A stretch of 64,000 nucleotides of DNA from an uncultured Acidimicrobiaceae bacterium (GCA_964428815.1 CAYSAC010000002.1:5062-69061); one strand, 5' to 3'; numbered from the stretch's first letter, positions 1-9,643 are shown. The notes: generated by a model not told the origin, from the letters alone. Numbers and translations: made by a program.

Positions 1-53
1 AAGCGTCACCGGTCGAGGAGCCTAGGAGACTGCTGAAGAGTTGACGACGACCA

Positions 54-1157
54 TCAAACCAGGGCCGCCTCCTCGTCGATCACGTGCGCGAGTCGTCGGA
101 CGAACACGTCCTCTGAGTACTGCTGGGCGTGAGCGAGGATCCGACGATCCTCAAATCGCATCGAGGACAGGCGGCGGATCGCATCCATCACATCAGCAGG
201 CTCTGCCCTGGAGAAGTGTACGCCCGTCTCGCCGTCGATCACGGTGTCCACGAAGCCCCCCGCGCGCAACGCGACGGTCGGCTTCCCGAAGGCGGCGCCC
301 TCGACGGGCGTCAGCCCGAAGGGCTCGACGGCGGCGCTGATCACGGCACGACAGCTCGCATACAGCCATCGGAGCCGCGCGTCGTCGCAGCTCCCGAGGA
401 GGTGGACGTTCGGCCCTGCGTGCGCCCGGAGGCGGTCCAGCTGCGGACCATCGCCTGCCACGACGAGCCGCTCGCCAGGCAGATCTGCGAACGCGTCGAC
501 GAGCACGTCCACGTTCTTGTAGGGCAACAGCCGCGATGCGCAGAGGAAGAAGCCTTCATCCAGACCGTCGATCGGCTGGCGCGGGGCGTCCCCATCGAGC
601 GTGTTGGGGGGCGGGATGATCTCGGCCTCGATCCCATGGATCTCGGCCAAACGACGTTGCATCACAGTTCCCTGCGTGATGAAGCGGTGGCCTGTTGCCA
701 CCGTTCGCTGGTCCCATCTCTTCAGCAGTGGAGCAACGCTGTAGGCGGCCGCCCGGCGTCCGACGCTGGCGCCCTTGAGGTACGCATCCCTCTCATAGAG
801 CCAGCGCGCGAGCGAGTGGAAGTAGAGGACCTTGCGCCCGGTGACGCGAACGCCCTGTGCCCACCCACTCGTTCCACAGACCACTACATCCGCATCCACG
901 CGCAGGCCTGACGCGATCAGAGGCATCACCGGCAGTGTCGCGCGGTGGTGACGCCGGATGGCACCGACGCGGTTGAGCGGTGATGCCCGCACGTAGATCG
1001 CACGAAACTCCGGGTAGCAGGCTGCCGGCTCGTAGAACGGTGTCACTACCTCAGCGTCAGGCGCGGCCTTGAGCATCGAGAGCAGGCAGCGTTCGGCGCC
1101 TCCCCGCTGCACGAGGTGATCCTGTACGAAGGCAACCTGCGGACGGCTGCTCGTCAC
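54..1157 (-). CDS. GT4-family (GT-B fold) glycosyltransferase
   Basis: 367-aa ORF with a C-terminal GT4 signature (FLCASRLLPYKNVDVLVDAF ... EPFGLTPVEGAAFGKPTVALRAGGFVDTVIDGETG). Strong GC3 bias. Confidence 0.85.
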   Translation of the reverse strand: MTSSRPQVAFVQDHLVQRGGAERCLLSMLKAAPDAEVVTPFYEPAACYPEFRAIYVRASPLNRVGAIRRHHRATLPVMPLIASGLRVDADVVVCGTSGWAQGVRVTGRKVLYFHSLARWLYERDAYLKGASVGRRAAAYSVAPLLKRWDQRTVATGHRFITQGTVMQRRLAEIHGIEAEIIPPPNTLDGDAPRQPIDGLDEGFFLCASRLLPYKNVDVLVDAFADLPGERLVVAGDGPQLDRLRAHAGPNVHLLGSCDDARLRWLYASCRAVISAAVEPFGLTPVEGAAFGKPTVALRAGGFVDTVIDGETGVHFSRAEPADVMDAIRRLSSMRFEDRRILAHAQQYSEDVFVRRLAHVIDEEAALV

Positions 1158-1211
1158 GCGATCATTGTGACCGCTCCGTGCGCGCGGGCTGTCTGAGGTC
1201 CCCGAAGGGCT

Positions 1212-2051
1212 TCAGCCCTCGGCGACCTGGTAGGCCAGCTCGCCTGCGAGGTCTGCGCTCGGCAGCTCGATGATCGTGGCCGAGCGGGCGGCGAGGTCGG
1301 GCAGCGGCAGCGCGACCGGGACCGTGCGGATGGCCCACTCAGGCACGTCCTCCAGGCGAACGGTCCGTCCGCCCCAGAGCACCTTGCGCGCGGTCTGGAG
1401 GAGGATCCAGACGTCGAGCTTCAGGCCGTAGTGGCGGATGTAGAAGGTGTCGTACTCAGGCGCTTCGCAAATGAGGCGGACGCAGTGCTCGCTGACCTGC
1501 CAGAGCCCGGTGCAACCGGGGCGGGCGAAGGTGCGAACGCTGGCGAACCTTGGCTCGAGCAGGGCGTGCAGGCCCGGCATCTCCGGGCGGGGCCCGACGA
1601 GGCTCATCGTGCCGGCGACGACCAGGGCGAGCTGCGGCAGCTCGTCGAGGTGGAGCCGGCGGAGGATCGAGGTGAACGCCGGGACCTCGACGTCGCTCAG
1701 CTGGTACTTGTCCGCGTACGCGGGCGTGTCCGTGGGAAGCGTTCGGACCTTGACGAACCGGAAGATCCGGCCATCCTGGCCGACCCGGTCCTGCACGAAG
1801 AACGGCCAGGCATGGAGCGATATGGCGCTGCCGAGCGCCGCGATGAGGATGATGGGCAGGGTCAGCAGCAGGAGCAGGGCGCCCGCAACGATGTCGAACC
1901 CCCGCTTGATCACGTCGCGCCGGCCTCCCTCGATGTCCGTCGCACCGTTCCCAGACCTGCCGAGGATAGCCACGTAGTCCTCCGTCCGCCTCACCCCGTC
2001 TCTATTCGTCGCGGGGTGGTCCGCTTCCTTCCCACGGTGACCATTGATCAC
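1212..2051 (-). CDS. Polyprenyl-phosphate sugar-phosphate transferase (bacterial sugar transferase, WbaP/WcaJ C-terminal or PglC-like); probable priming enzyme
   Basis: One hydrophobic re-entrant helix (FDIVAGALLLLLTLPIILIAAL), then RFVKVRTL, LDELPQL, MSLVGPRPE and GCTGLWQVS. The true start may lie inside the ORF. Confidence 0.85.
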   Translation of the reverse strand: MINGHRGKEADHPATNRDGVRRTEDYVAILGRSGNGATDIEGGRRDVIKRGFDIVAGALLLLLTLPIILIAALGSAISLHAWPFFVQDRVGQDGRIFRFVKVRTLPTDTPAYADKYQLSDVEVPAFTSILRRLHLDELPQLALVVAGTMSLVGPRPEMPGLHALLEPRFASVRTFARPGCTGLWQVSEHCVRLICEAPEYDTFYIRHYGLKLDVWILLQTARKVLWGGRTVRLEDVPEWAIRTVPVALPLPDLAARSATIIELPSADLAGELAYQVAEG

Positions 2052-2108
2052 CGAGAGTGAAACGTCCCCGCGTGTCCCAACTTGCGGGGAGATTCGCAGG
2101 TCGATCCG

Positions 2109-3221
2109 TCAGATCAATGCGTCGAAGACCGCCGCGGTCCGCTCGACGAGGTCTTCCGGCCTGTAGGTGGCCAGCGCATGCTCCCGCCCAGCCCGTGCGA
2201 GGTTGAGCGCGAGCTCGTCGTCGCCGAGGACGCGACGAATGGCCGCTGCCAGGCCGGTCGCGTCCCCGACGTCCACGAGAAGCCCGGTGCGGCCGTCGTC
2301 GAGGATGTCGGTGGGCCCGGCCGTGCGCGTCGCGATCACGGGCAGGCCCGCCGCCATGGCTTCGACGAGCGCGATCCCGAACGGTTCGTTGATGGACGGG
2401 AGCACGTACAGCGCGGCACCGTCCCAGTGCTCCCACGGGCGAGGTTGGTGGCCGCAGAACCGGACGACGCGAGCGAGACCGAGATCCTCGACCATCCCCC
2501 CGAGTGCGGAGGCGTGCTCCTCGTGGCCCCGCTGCGGCGCGCCGTATATCTCGACCACGAGCTCTGGGACATCGCCGACGACCTGTGCGATCGCCTCGAG
2601 GAACACGTCGTAGCCCTTCACCGGGTGAAGGCGCGCGGCAGCGACGACTCGCGGCGGGTCCGCCGGCGTGCGACGCGCCACCAGTCGCGGGAGCTCACGC
2701 GGCGTGACGGGGATGCGGACGTGGCGCACACCGCCGAGTTCCGCGGCCACGCCGCGAGAAGCGACGATGGCGGTCCTCGCGGACCGGTGACCGAACGCGT
2801 TGATCGTGCGCGATCTGCCTGGCGTATGGATGTGCCAGACCCACGGCACCTTCGCGAGAACTGCGGCGGGGCCCCCCAATACGACACCCCGCTGGTCTAT
2901 GACGTCGAGGAGCGCCGCTCCGCGCGCACGGAGGTGGCGTGCGAAGGACAGCCACCACGGCACCAGAGATGCAGCCGCGGCGACGAGGTCGATCGGCCCG
3001 AAGCGCCCGCCGTAGCGGAGCAGGCCGCGGCCGACGGGCAGCACAGTCACGTCGATGCCGCGCACGCGGTAGTCATCGAGGACAGGTCCGTCCATGGGTG
3101 CGACGATCTCGGTGGTCCACCCACGCGTGGTCAGGCGCTCCGCGAGCATTCCCGTCGTGACCTGCGCGCCGCCCGGGGCGTGCGGGTAGACCTCGAGCAG
3201 CACGAGGTGACGGGTGGGCAT
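2109..3221 (-). CDS. GT4-family glycosyltransferase
   Basis: Track ORF 2109..3617 trimmed to the ATG at 3221 (MPTRHLVLLEVYPHAPGGAQ). The upstream 132 codons overlap the 3' end of the next gene and are Arg/Gly-rich. GT4 motif EPFGIALVEAMAAGLPVIATRTAGPTDILDDGRTG. Confidence 0.85.
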   Translation of the reverse strand: MPTRHLVLLEVYPHAPGGAQVTTGMLAERLTTRGWTTEIVAPMDGPVLDDYRVRGIDVTVLPVGRGLLRYGGRFGPIDLVAAAASLVPWWLSFARHLRARGAALLDVIDQRGVVLGGPAAVLAKVPWVWHIHTPGRSRTINAFGHRSARTAIVASRGVAAELGGVRHVRIPVTPRELPRLVARRTPADPPRVVAAARLHPVKGYDVFLEAIAQVVGDVPELVVEIYGAPQRGHEEHASALGGMVEDLGLARVVRFCGHQPRPWEHWDGAALYVLPSINEPFGIALVEAMAAGLPVIATRTAGPTDILDDGRTGLLVDVGDATGLAAAIRRVLGDDELALNLARAGREHALATYRPEDLVERTAAVFDALI

Positions 3222-3274
3222 CCGGGCGATCGTACCGACCTCGGCGCCAGCGCCCGTTACGCCGATCGGCGCGG

Positions 3275-4804
3275 CTACGCGCGGCGCGCCGACCACGCAG
3301 TGATCGGTTCGGTCCTTGGTTCGCTCGCTCCCGTCGCCCCGACAATGCCGACGTTGAGCGCGAGGCCGGCGCCACCCCAGAAGATGAGCGAGGTGGGCAG
3401 GTCGGTCCACACCTGCAGGAACATCCCGGCTGCAATCAAGCCGAAGCCCGCGATGCGCAGGCCCGAAGCGAGTGGGACGTCGTCGGCGGTCTCGCCCCGC
3501 GCCGCCTTGCCAAGCCGCCGGACCGTCGCGAAGAGGAGCGCGATGAACATGACCATCGGGATCACACCCATCTCGTCGCCCACCAGTAGGTAGGAGTTCT
3601 CCGGGTTGGCGTCCCACTTGTAGTCCTGGGGCACGGATGGCCCGGCACCGAGACCGAGCCCGAGGGGATTGGCGACCATGGTGTCGACGCCATCCCAGAA
3701 CCGGTCGAGGTGTGCATCTGACGACAGATCGGTTCCCTCGGCAGCCGCCGTCGTGCGCGCGCCGAGCGCACCACCTGCGAGCCCCGGCGTGGCGAGAGCG
3801 ATCGCGCCGAGGAGGATCAAACCGAGACGGGCGCGATGCTCGCCGATGCGGCCGACGCCCGGACGCAGTGCTGCCAGCGCGGTAACGATGACCGCGATCA
3901 CTGCGGAGCGGGTGAGCGTCAAGGTGGCGCCGGTGGCCGCGAGGACCGCTGCGAGCGTGGCGAGGCGGGCGGGTCGCCTGCGGTTGATCGACTCCAAGGC
4001 GAGCCCGAACGGGACGATGAAGAAGAAGCAGATGCGGATCGGATCGAAGGCCACGGAGCCGGCGCGCGTGATCACGCGCCCGCCGACCGTCTCGGTCGCT
4101 CGGATGTCGAACGGCCGGGGGAGGGAGAAGCCCGTGGTCAGCACGTTGAAGCGGTTCAGCTGCAGCGTCTTGGTTGCGAAGGTGTTCCAGCCCGACGAGT
4201 TGAAGAACTCATACAGCGTCTGGAACCCGACGATCACGACGGCGACGAGCACCGCTCGCACGAACCAGCGCCGCGCCTGCTCGCGCGTCGGGATGTGCCG
4301 GGCGGCGAGGAAGAGCACGAACATCGAGACGTGCATCCGGAAGCTGATGAGGCGAACGTCCCACGAGCGAATGTCGCCGGTCGCGAGGAGCGACGGGATG
4401 AGCAGGTACGCAGTGCACACCGCGATGTACGCGATTGCGAGACGGTCGATGCCGTCGAATCGATGGTGCTGCTCGAGCGCGTGGTGCAGTGCGGCGACGG
4501 CGAGCGCCACGAGCAGCACCTCGTTCCACGAGCCGGCGCCGTTGACGAGCGGGAGCGGCATCCCGAGCCAAAAGAGGATCGGGAAGAGGATCCGGTCGAA
4601 GACGATGAGCCCGGCCAGCAGCGCGAGGGCGCGGTCCGGTGCCTTGAGTACGAGGACCACCAGCCCTGCGCCGAGGATCGTGGCGATCGGCCGTTGGAGA
4701 TCCGTGGGGTAGCGGCGCAGCACCGCGTAGACGAGGACCGGCAGCAGCCAAAGCGTGTCCGCAATCGTGATGCGCCAACGCTCGACCGAAGACGTCAGCC
4801 GCAT
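3275..4804 (-). CDS. O-antigen ligase / Wzy-polymerase-like polytopic membrane protein
   Basis: Track ORF 3275..5026 trimmed to the ATG at 4804 (MRLTSSVERWRITIADTLWLLPVLVY). At least 10 hydrophobic segments. Wzy_C/O-antigen-ligase-like loop followed by PENSYLLVGDEMGVIPMVMFIALLF. Confidence 0.7.
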   Translation of the reverse strand: MRLTSSVERWRITIADTLWLLPVLVYAVLRRYPTDLQRPIATILGAGLVVLVLKAPDRALALLAGLIVFDRILFPILFWLGMPLPLVNGAGSWNEVLLVALAVAALHHALEQHHRFDGIDRLAIAYIAVCTAYLLIPSLLATGDIRSWDVRLISFRMHVSMFVLFLAARHIPTREQARRWFVRAVLVAVVIVGFQTLYEFFNSSGWNTFATKTLQLNRFNVLTTGFSLPRPFDIRATETVGGRVITRAGSVAFDPIRICFFFIVPFGLALESINRRRPARLATLAAVLAATGATLTLTRSAVIAVIVTALAALRPGVGRIGEHRARLGLILLGAIALATPGLAGGALGARTTAAAEGTDLSSDAHLDRFWDGVDTMVANPLGLGLGAGPSVPQDYKWDANPENSYLLVGDEMGVIPMVMFIALLFATVRRLGKAARGETADDVPLASGLRIAGFGLIAAGMFLQVWTDLPTSLIFWGGAGLALNVGIVGATGASEPRTEPITAWSARRA

Positions 4805-4919
4805 CGGGCCGAGCGTAGACCGTGGCCCCGTCCCGCCAAGGCGCGAACCGAGATAGCGAGGCCCTGGCGCTGCGGTCTGCGCCTGCAGCCACGGGGAGCT
4901 CGCTGAGTACGCTGCGCCG

Positions 4920-6002
4920 GTGCCTCTGCCGGACTGCCTGCGCACGCGGCGGCTCGCCGCGTGCGGGGCGGGCGTGGCCACCACGCTCGCGTACTGGTTG
5001 GCGCTCCCAGCAGGCGGGGCGGACACCGACCAGGTCGCCTATGTACGGATGCTCGAGCGCATGCGCGCGGGTCAGGGGTACTACGAGGCGCACCGCGATG
5101 CCTTCGCCGAGCAGCTGATCCTCGTGAGCCAGTCACGGTCGATCCGCATGCCGGTCGTGTTCCTGTTCTGGGCGCGCTTCCCGCCTGGTGCCTGGTTCGG
5201 GCTCTTCTGCGTGTGCGTCGTGGTGGGAGCGACCGTCGTGTTGACCCGGCTGACGAACCGTCCGCTTGCGGCGTTGCCCGTGACGCTCTACCTGCTGTTC
5301 GCGGGGAGGACCATCGACCACTGGGGTGACACGCCCGTCGACGCCTTCTTGCTCCCGGAGGTCTGGGTCGTCCCGTTCGTCGCCGGGTCCTTGGTCGCGT
5401 GGCGACGGCAGCGGTGGTGGCTGGCGGTGCTGTTGGCTGTCGGCGCCGTGCTGCTGCGCGAGCTGGCGGTTCTCTTGCTCCTCGGCGGGCTGCTCTCAGC
5501 CCACATCGAGCGCAAGCCACGGGCGCCGTGGCTCGCGGGGCTCGGTGTGGCCGCCGTGGCGTACGGCCTCCACTACGCGCTTGCTGCCGACTACCTCTCG
5601 CCGGTCGGCAACGAGGCCCCGTTGCTCGGCACGGCCCGGATCCCGTGGTCGATGCTGGCGATGATGGACAACGCCGTGCCCGGTCCGCTCGTGTTCGGTG
5701 GCGTGCTGTGGGCGATCGCGCTGTGGAAGCTCTGGCTACGGCGCGAGCTGCTCTTCTTCGGTCCGTACTTGTCCTTGCCCCTCACGGGTCTCATCGTCGA
5801 CCGGCCCTACTGGGGTCTGATGTTCGTGAGCTTCACGCTGTTCTGGACCGCCGAAGCGCTGCTCGAGGGGGCGACGTGGTTGCGGGTGAACCGGCGCGTG
5901 CCGCAAGCCGACGATCTCCGCCAGCTCCTGGCTCGACAGCCACTACAAGCGAGCTTGCGATCGGGACGTCAGCCCGACCCGGTGTCGTCGCCCGGCACGT
6001 AG
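4920..6002 (+). CDS. Polytopic integral membrane protein of unknown function
   Basis: 360-aa ORF with about 8 hydrophobic helices (e.g. WFGLFCVCVVVGATVVL, WWLAVLLAVGAVLLRELAVLLLLGGLL) and no recognisable catalytic motif. Divergent from the Wzy-like gene. Its 3' end overlaps the kinase gene convergently by 34 nt. Start uncertain. Confidence 0.5.
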   Translation: MPLPDCLRTRRLAACGAGVATTLAYWLALPAGGADTDQVAYVRMLERMRAGQGYYEAHRDAFAEQLILVSQSRSIRMPVVFLFWARFPPGAWFGLFCVCVVVGATVVLTRLTNRPLAALPVTLYLLFAGRTIDHWGDTPVDAFLLPEVWVVPFVAGSLVAWRRQRWWLAVLLAVGAVLLRELAVLLLLGGLLSAHIERKPRAPWLAGLGVAAVAYGLHYALAADYLSPVGNEAPLLGTARIPWSMLAMMDNAVPGPLVFGGVLWAIALWKLWLRRELLFFGPYLSLPLTGLIVDRPYWGLMFVSFTLFWTAEALLEGATWLRVNRRVPQADDLRQLLARQPLQASLRSGRQPDPVSSPGT

Positions 6003-6727
6003 GCGCTGCTGACGTCGTTGTAGCCGTACCCCTCGCCGTAGCCGAAACGGATGCCGACGTCGCGCTGCTGGAGCTTGTTCACCACGAGCCCGAGCAGGCG
6101 GGTCTGGTTGCGGGTGAGCGCGTCCTTTGCCTGTCGCAGCGCGTCGATGGGCGTCCGCCTCGCCTCCACGACCAAGACCGCGCCGGCGACCATCCGACCG
6201 ATCACGAGGGTGTCGGCGACGGGAAGGACCGGTGGGGTGTCGAGGAGCACGATGTCGGCCTGGGCGGCCAGGGAATCCAGCAGCCGTGCCATCCGGTGCG
6301 TGGCGAGGAGCTCGGTGGGACTCGCGACCCCTTCGCCCGTCGCAAGGAAGTACAACCCACGTGGCGTCTGCGAGGGACCCGGGCCGAGCTGCACGAACTG
6401 GAGGCAGTCCTCGAGCGGACGGCGCTCGAGCAACACGTCGGAGACTCCATACTCGTTGCGAGCGCCCAGCTGGCGATGGGCGTCGGGGTGGCGCAGATCG
6501 ACGTCGACGAGGACCGTGCGTTGACCCGCGAGCGCCATCGCCTGTGCCAGGTTCACGCAGGTGGTGGTCTTCCCCTCGCCCGGCGACGCGCTGGTGATGA
6601 TGACGATCGGCCGCTCCAGATCGCTCAGAGCGACGGCGAGGTTCGACCGCAGCACCCGGAACGCCTCGTCGGTCTGCACGATCGCGCTCCGGCGTGGCGT
6701 CGCCGAGAAGCGGCGGCGCCTAGGCAC
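5969..6727 (-). CDS. BY-kinase (CpsD/CapB-type protein-tyrosine kinase, cytoplasmic ATPase part)
   Basis: Walker A SASPGEGKTTTCVNLA, Walker A' VLVDVDLRHP, Walker B DIVLLDTPPV, and a C-terminal Tyr cluster GYGEGYGYNDVSSAY. The GTG start at 6727 overlaps the Wzz-like stop (GTGCCTAG). Confidence 0.85.
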   Translation of the reverse strand: MPRRRRFSATPRRSAIVQTDEAFRVLRSNLAVALSDLERPIVIITSASPGEGKTTTCVNLAQAMALAGQRTVLVDVDLRHPDAHRQLGARNEYGVSDVLLERRPLEDCLQFVQLGPGPSQTPRGLYFLATGEGVASPTELLATHRMARLLDSLAAQADIVLLDTPPVLPVADTLVIGRMVAGAVLVVEARRTPIDALRQAKDALTRNQTRLLGLVVNKLQQRDVGIRFGYGEGYGYNDVSSAYVPGDDTGSG

Positions 6728-7481
6728 TGTGCTCAGCCCACGCGGTGGGCTCGGACCTGGTCCGCAGCTGGGCAGGCACCGGCAGACCTTGGCGCTGGAA
6801 CACGATCACCCCGAGGACCGGGAGCTCGAGCCGGCGCTCGGCATCCTCTGGGCTCTTCACGGTGACATCGAGGTACTCGACGAGCAGGATCAGTGCCGCC
6901 GCGAGCACGCCGCCGAACAGCCCACCGACGAAGAGGTTCTTGCGCAGGTCGATCGGGCGGGGTGTCGTTGGCAGCCGCGCTCGTTGGAAGATGCTCGCCG
7001 GGATCGACGGGATCTCGCCCTCGCCGACGGTCTGACCGGGCTCGATCTCGCGGAGCTTCTGCAAGAAGCCCTCCGCCATCCCGATGGAGAGCTGCTGGGC
7101 GACTACGGGATCGCTGTCGCTGAACTCCACGGTGAGGAGGTTGCTGCTCGGCGCCAGCGCAGCGCGCGTCTGCGCGGCGACCGTGAGCGCGCTCCGCTCG
7201 AAGCCGGTGCTGTCGAGCGCGGCGTTCGCGACGGGCTCGCTCGGGATCATGAGCGCGTAGGTGCGCAGGATGCGGTCGAGGCCGAGGCTGCGATCACCGG
7301 AGAGGTTGGCCGCGCTCTGCTCGAACGAGAAGCGGCTGGCGCCGATGTAGATGCTGGTCTCGGCCGTGTAGACGACCGAGCGGTCGGTGGTGAGCCAGGC
7401 CGCGGCGAGGCCGGCAAGGACCGTCAGCGCGATCAGGAAGACCCGGCGACGCAGGATGAGGAGGTAGTTGCGAAGTTCCAT
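6720..7481 (-). CDS. Wzz / polysaccharide co-polymerase-like chain-length determinant (membrane part of a split CapA/CapB-type pair)
   Basis: Track ORF 6720..7628 trimmed to the ATG at 7481 (MELRNYLLILRRRVFLIALTVLAGLAAAW). N- and C-terminal TM helices (LFVGGLFGGVLAAALILLV) flank a soluble loop. Sits immediately upstream of, and overlaps, the BY-kinase. Confidence 0.7.
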   Translation of the reverse strand: MELRNYLLILRRRVFLIALTVLAGLAAAWLTTDRSVVYTAETSIYIGASRFSFEQSAANLSGDRSLGLDRILRTYALMIPSEPVANAALDSTGFERSALTVAAQTRAALAPSSNLLTVEFSDSDPVVAQQLSIGMAEGFLQKLREIEPGQTVGEGEIPSIPASIFQRARLPTTPRPIDLRKNLFVGGLFGGVLAAALILLVEYLDVTVKSPEDAERRLELPVLGVIVFQRQGLPVPAQLRTRSEPTAWAEHSA

Positions 7482-7531
7482 GGCGCGGGACCGGCAACAC
7501 TCTACGCACCAACTATCCCCGAGAGGTCGCG

Positions 7532-8866
7532 TTGGCGGCACCGGGCGGTCGGACCGGGCACTTCGGTCGTGCCCGGTACAGTCGAGCCGTGCCGGTGCCA
7601 GCCTCGGGAGATCCCGCCGCGCCCGCACACCCTGTCATCGACCGCCCTCGAGTGCTGTGGGTGACCAACGAGCCGCCGGACCGGTCGGGCGGGGGCGGCA
7701 ACATCCGTCAGGCGTACCTGCTCGACGCGGTCGCGCAAGCGTTCACCACTGACCTCCTCGTGGTCGGCCGCCTGCGCGACGACGCCTTGCGCCGCGACCT
7801 GCGGCACGTCGTCGAGCTCGGCGTGCCGCGCGACGTGGTACCGCGAGGCTCCGTCGGTCGCCGGTTGTTCACGCTGGCGATGACGTTCGCATGGCGTGAG
7901 CCCTGGCAAGCCTTCCCCACCGTGCTGTCGCGCCGCCGGCTGGCTCGGGCCCTCCGGCACGGTGTCGGGGCCGATGCCGACCTCGTCCTGGTGGAGCAAG
8001 AGGCGCTGGCGCCGCTGCTGTCTCGCGAGCACCCAGGCACCTGGGTGCTGACCTTCCAGCACGTGCTTTCGATGATGGCCGAGCAGGAGGTGCAGAAGGC
8101 GCCTGGGTCACGGCAGCGGTGGATGTGGCAGGTCGAGGCGCGCAAGGCGCGCCGGTTCGAGGAAGCAGCCGTGCGCGGCTGGGATGCCGCGATCGCGTGC
8201 TCCGACAGCGACGCCGGTTACCTGCGATCGCTCATCGCCGGGAGCGCCGAGCCCGACATCGCGGTCGTGCCCAACGGCGTCAACCTGGACCGGTTCACGG
8301 TGACCCCCGTCCCCGCTACGCCGACGATGCTGTTGCCCGGCACGCTTGCGTTCGCGCCGAACGTCGATGGTGCCATCTGGTTCTGCGACCACGTGCTTCC
8401 GCGCGTGATCGAACGCGTACCGGCAGCGACCCTGACGATCGCGGGGCGTGATCCGATCCCACCGGTGACACGGCTGGGCGAGCGACCGGGCGTGAGGGTG
8501 CTCGCGGACCTGCCGTCGCTCGTCCCGCTGTTCGAGGAGGCTCGGGTGGTCGTCGTGCCGTTACGGGTGGGGACGGGCACGAGGTTGAAGGCGCTCGAAG
8601 GCATGGCCGCGGCGCGCCCCGTCGTCGGGACGTCCATCGGGCTCGAGGGCCTGGCGGTGACCAACGGCGTCGAAGTCGACATCGCGGACGACCCCGCGGT
8701 GTTCGCTGACGCCATCGTGCGGCTGCTCGAGCATGACGAAATCGCTCACGCGCGGGCGGCAGCCGGTCGGGCACTCGTCGAGGAGCGCTACGGCTGGGAG
8801 CGCATGGGTACGACCATGGTCGCGTGGCTGGAGGCCTTGCTCGCGAGCCGGTCGGCGCGCAGCTAG
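7532..8866 (+). CDS. GT4-family glycosyltransferase
   Basis: VLWVTNEPPDRSGGGGNIRQAYLL N-terminal GT4 pattern and a C-terminal VVVVPLRVGTGTRLKALEGMAAARPVVGTSIGLEG. Start uncertain: TTG 7532 from the track, or GTG candidates at 7589, 7595 and 7652. Confidence 0.8.
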   Translation: MAAPGGRTGHFGRARYSRAVPVPASGDPAAPAHPVIDRPRVLWVTNEPPDRSGGGGNIRQAYLLDAVAQAFTTDLLVVGRLRDDALRRDLRHVVELGVPRDVVPRGSVGRRLFTLAMTFAWREPWQAFPTVLSRRRLARALRHGVGADADLVLVEQEALAPLLSREHPGTWVLTFQHVLSMMAEQEVQKAPGSRQRWMWQVEARKARRFEEAAVRGWDAAIACSDSDAGYLRSLIAGSAEPDIAVVPNGVNLDRFTVTPVPATPTMLLPGTLAFAPNVDGAIWFCDHVLPRVIERVPAATLTIAGRDPIPPVTRLGERPGVRVLADLPSLVPLFEEARVVVVPLRVGTGTRLKALEGMAAARPVVGTSIGLEGLAVTNGVEVDIADDPAVFADAIVRLLEHDEIAHARAAAGRALVEERYGWERMGTTMVAWLEALLASRSARS

Positions 8867-9642
8867 GTGGCTGGTGTCAGCGAGCCGTCCGGCACGCGGA
8901 AGACGAGCGTCCCGTGCAGGAACTCGCCGTCGTCACGGAGATCGGCCAACGCGACCACTGCCGCGCCTCGCTCGTGCAGGGAGCGCACCAAGGGCCCGAG
9001 CTCGTAGATGTTCATCTGCATGTGCGGCTCGGACGCCGGCTGGCCGCGCACGACGTTCAGCAGGGGTCGCACGCCGGGAACCCTCCCTTGCATGTCGCGG
9101 ACGAACCCGCGAAGACGGTGGCCGGTTCGCGCGATCGGAACCTGGATCACGCCGACGCCGCCCGGTCGCAGCACGCCAACGAGCTCGTCGAAGAGCGGCC
9201 GCCCCTTGCCCACCGGGATGTGCTGGAGCACGAGCGTGGAGTGCACGAAGGCGACGTCAGAGAGACGCGCAGGGCTCTCATGGAGCTCGATGTTCTCGAG
9301 CCCTGCACGCGTGCAGCTGGCTCGAGCGTGCTCGCGCATCGACGCGGCGACGTCGATGCCCACGGCGCGGGCGAAGCGACGACCCAACGGCACGAGCAGG
9401 CGTCCCACGCCGCAACCGAAATCGACCGCCGTCCCGCGCAGGTCGACCGGGCCGACGAGCTCCTCGGCGATCTCCAGCATGCGACCGATGTGCTCCTCGC
9501 CGGACTCCCAGAAGCGCTGCTCCGCGGCATCGGTCCGGTTCTCGGCGCGGAGCGCGTCGATCGACATGACACCCCAGATCGGGTCGGTCTGCGCGATCCG
9601 CTCCCACTGGCGGTCGCTCGTGACCGAGTGCCGGCGCCGCAC
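8863..9642 (-). CDS. Class I SAM-dependent methyltransferase
   Basis: Motif I VDFGCGVGRLLVPLG, then STLVLQHIP and LRPGGVGVIQVP. Track ORF trimmed to the GTG at 9642, one nt after the upstream TGA (TGAcGTG). An ATG at 9567 is an alternative start. Confidence 0.8.
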   Translation of the reverse strand: MRRRHSVTSDRQWERIAQTDPIWGVMSIDALRAENRTDAAEQRFWESGEEHIGRMLEIAEELVGPVDLRGTAVDFGCGVGRLLVPLGRRFARAVGIDVAASMREHARASCTRAGLENIELHESPARLSDVAFVHSTLVLQHIPVGKGRPLFDELVGVLRPGGVGVIQVPIARTGHRLRGFVRDMQGRVPGVRPLLNVVRGQPASEPHMQMNIYELGPLVRSLHERGAAVVALADLRDDGEFLHGTLVFRVPDGSLTPAT

Positions 9643-9643
9643 G

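Noticed and set aside
2082-3593. 503-aa plus-strand ORF (plus several shorter ones) covering the same DNA as the GT4 gene 2109-3221
   Set aside because: It is antisense to an ORF with clear GT4 motifs. The translation is Arg/Asp/Gly/Pro-rich with no recognisable domain, which is a typical high-GC shadow ORF.
3669-4906. Two long plus-strand ORFs (347 and 356 aa) opposite the Wzy/ligase-like gene
   Set aside because: Low-complexity Arg/Ala/Ser or Arg/Glu/Asp-rich translations. The minus-strand frame encodes a coherent polytopic membrane protein.
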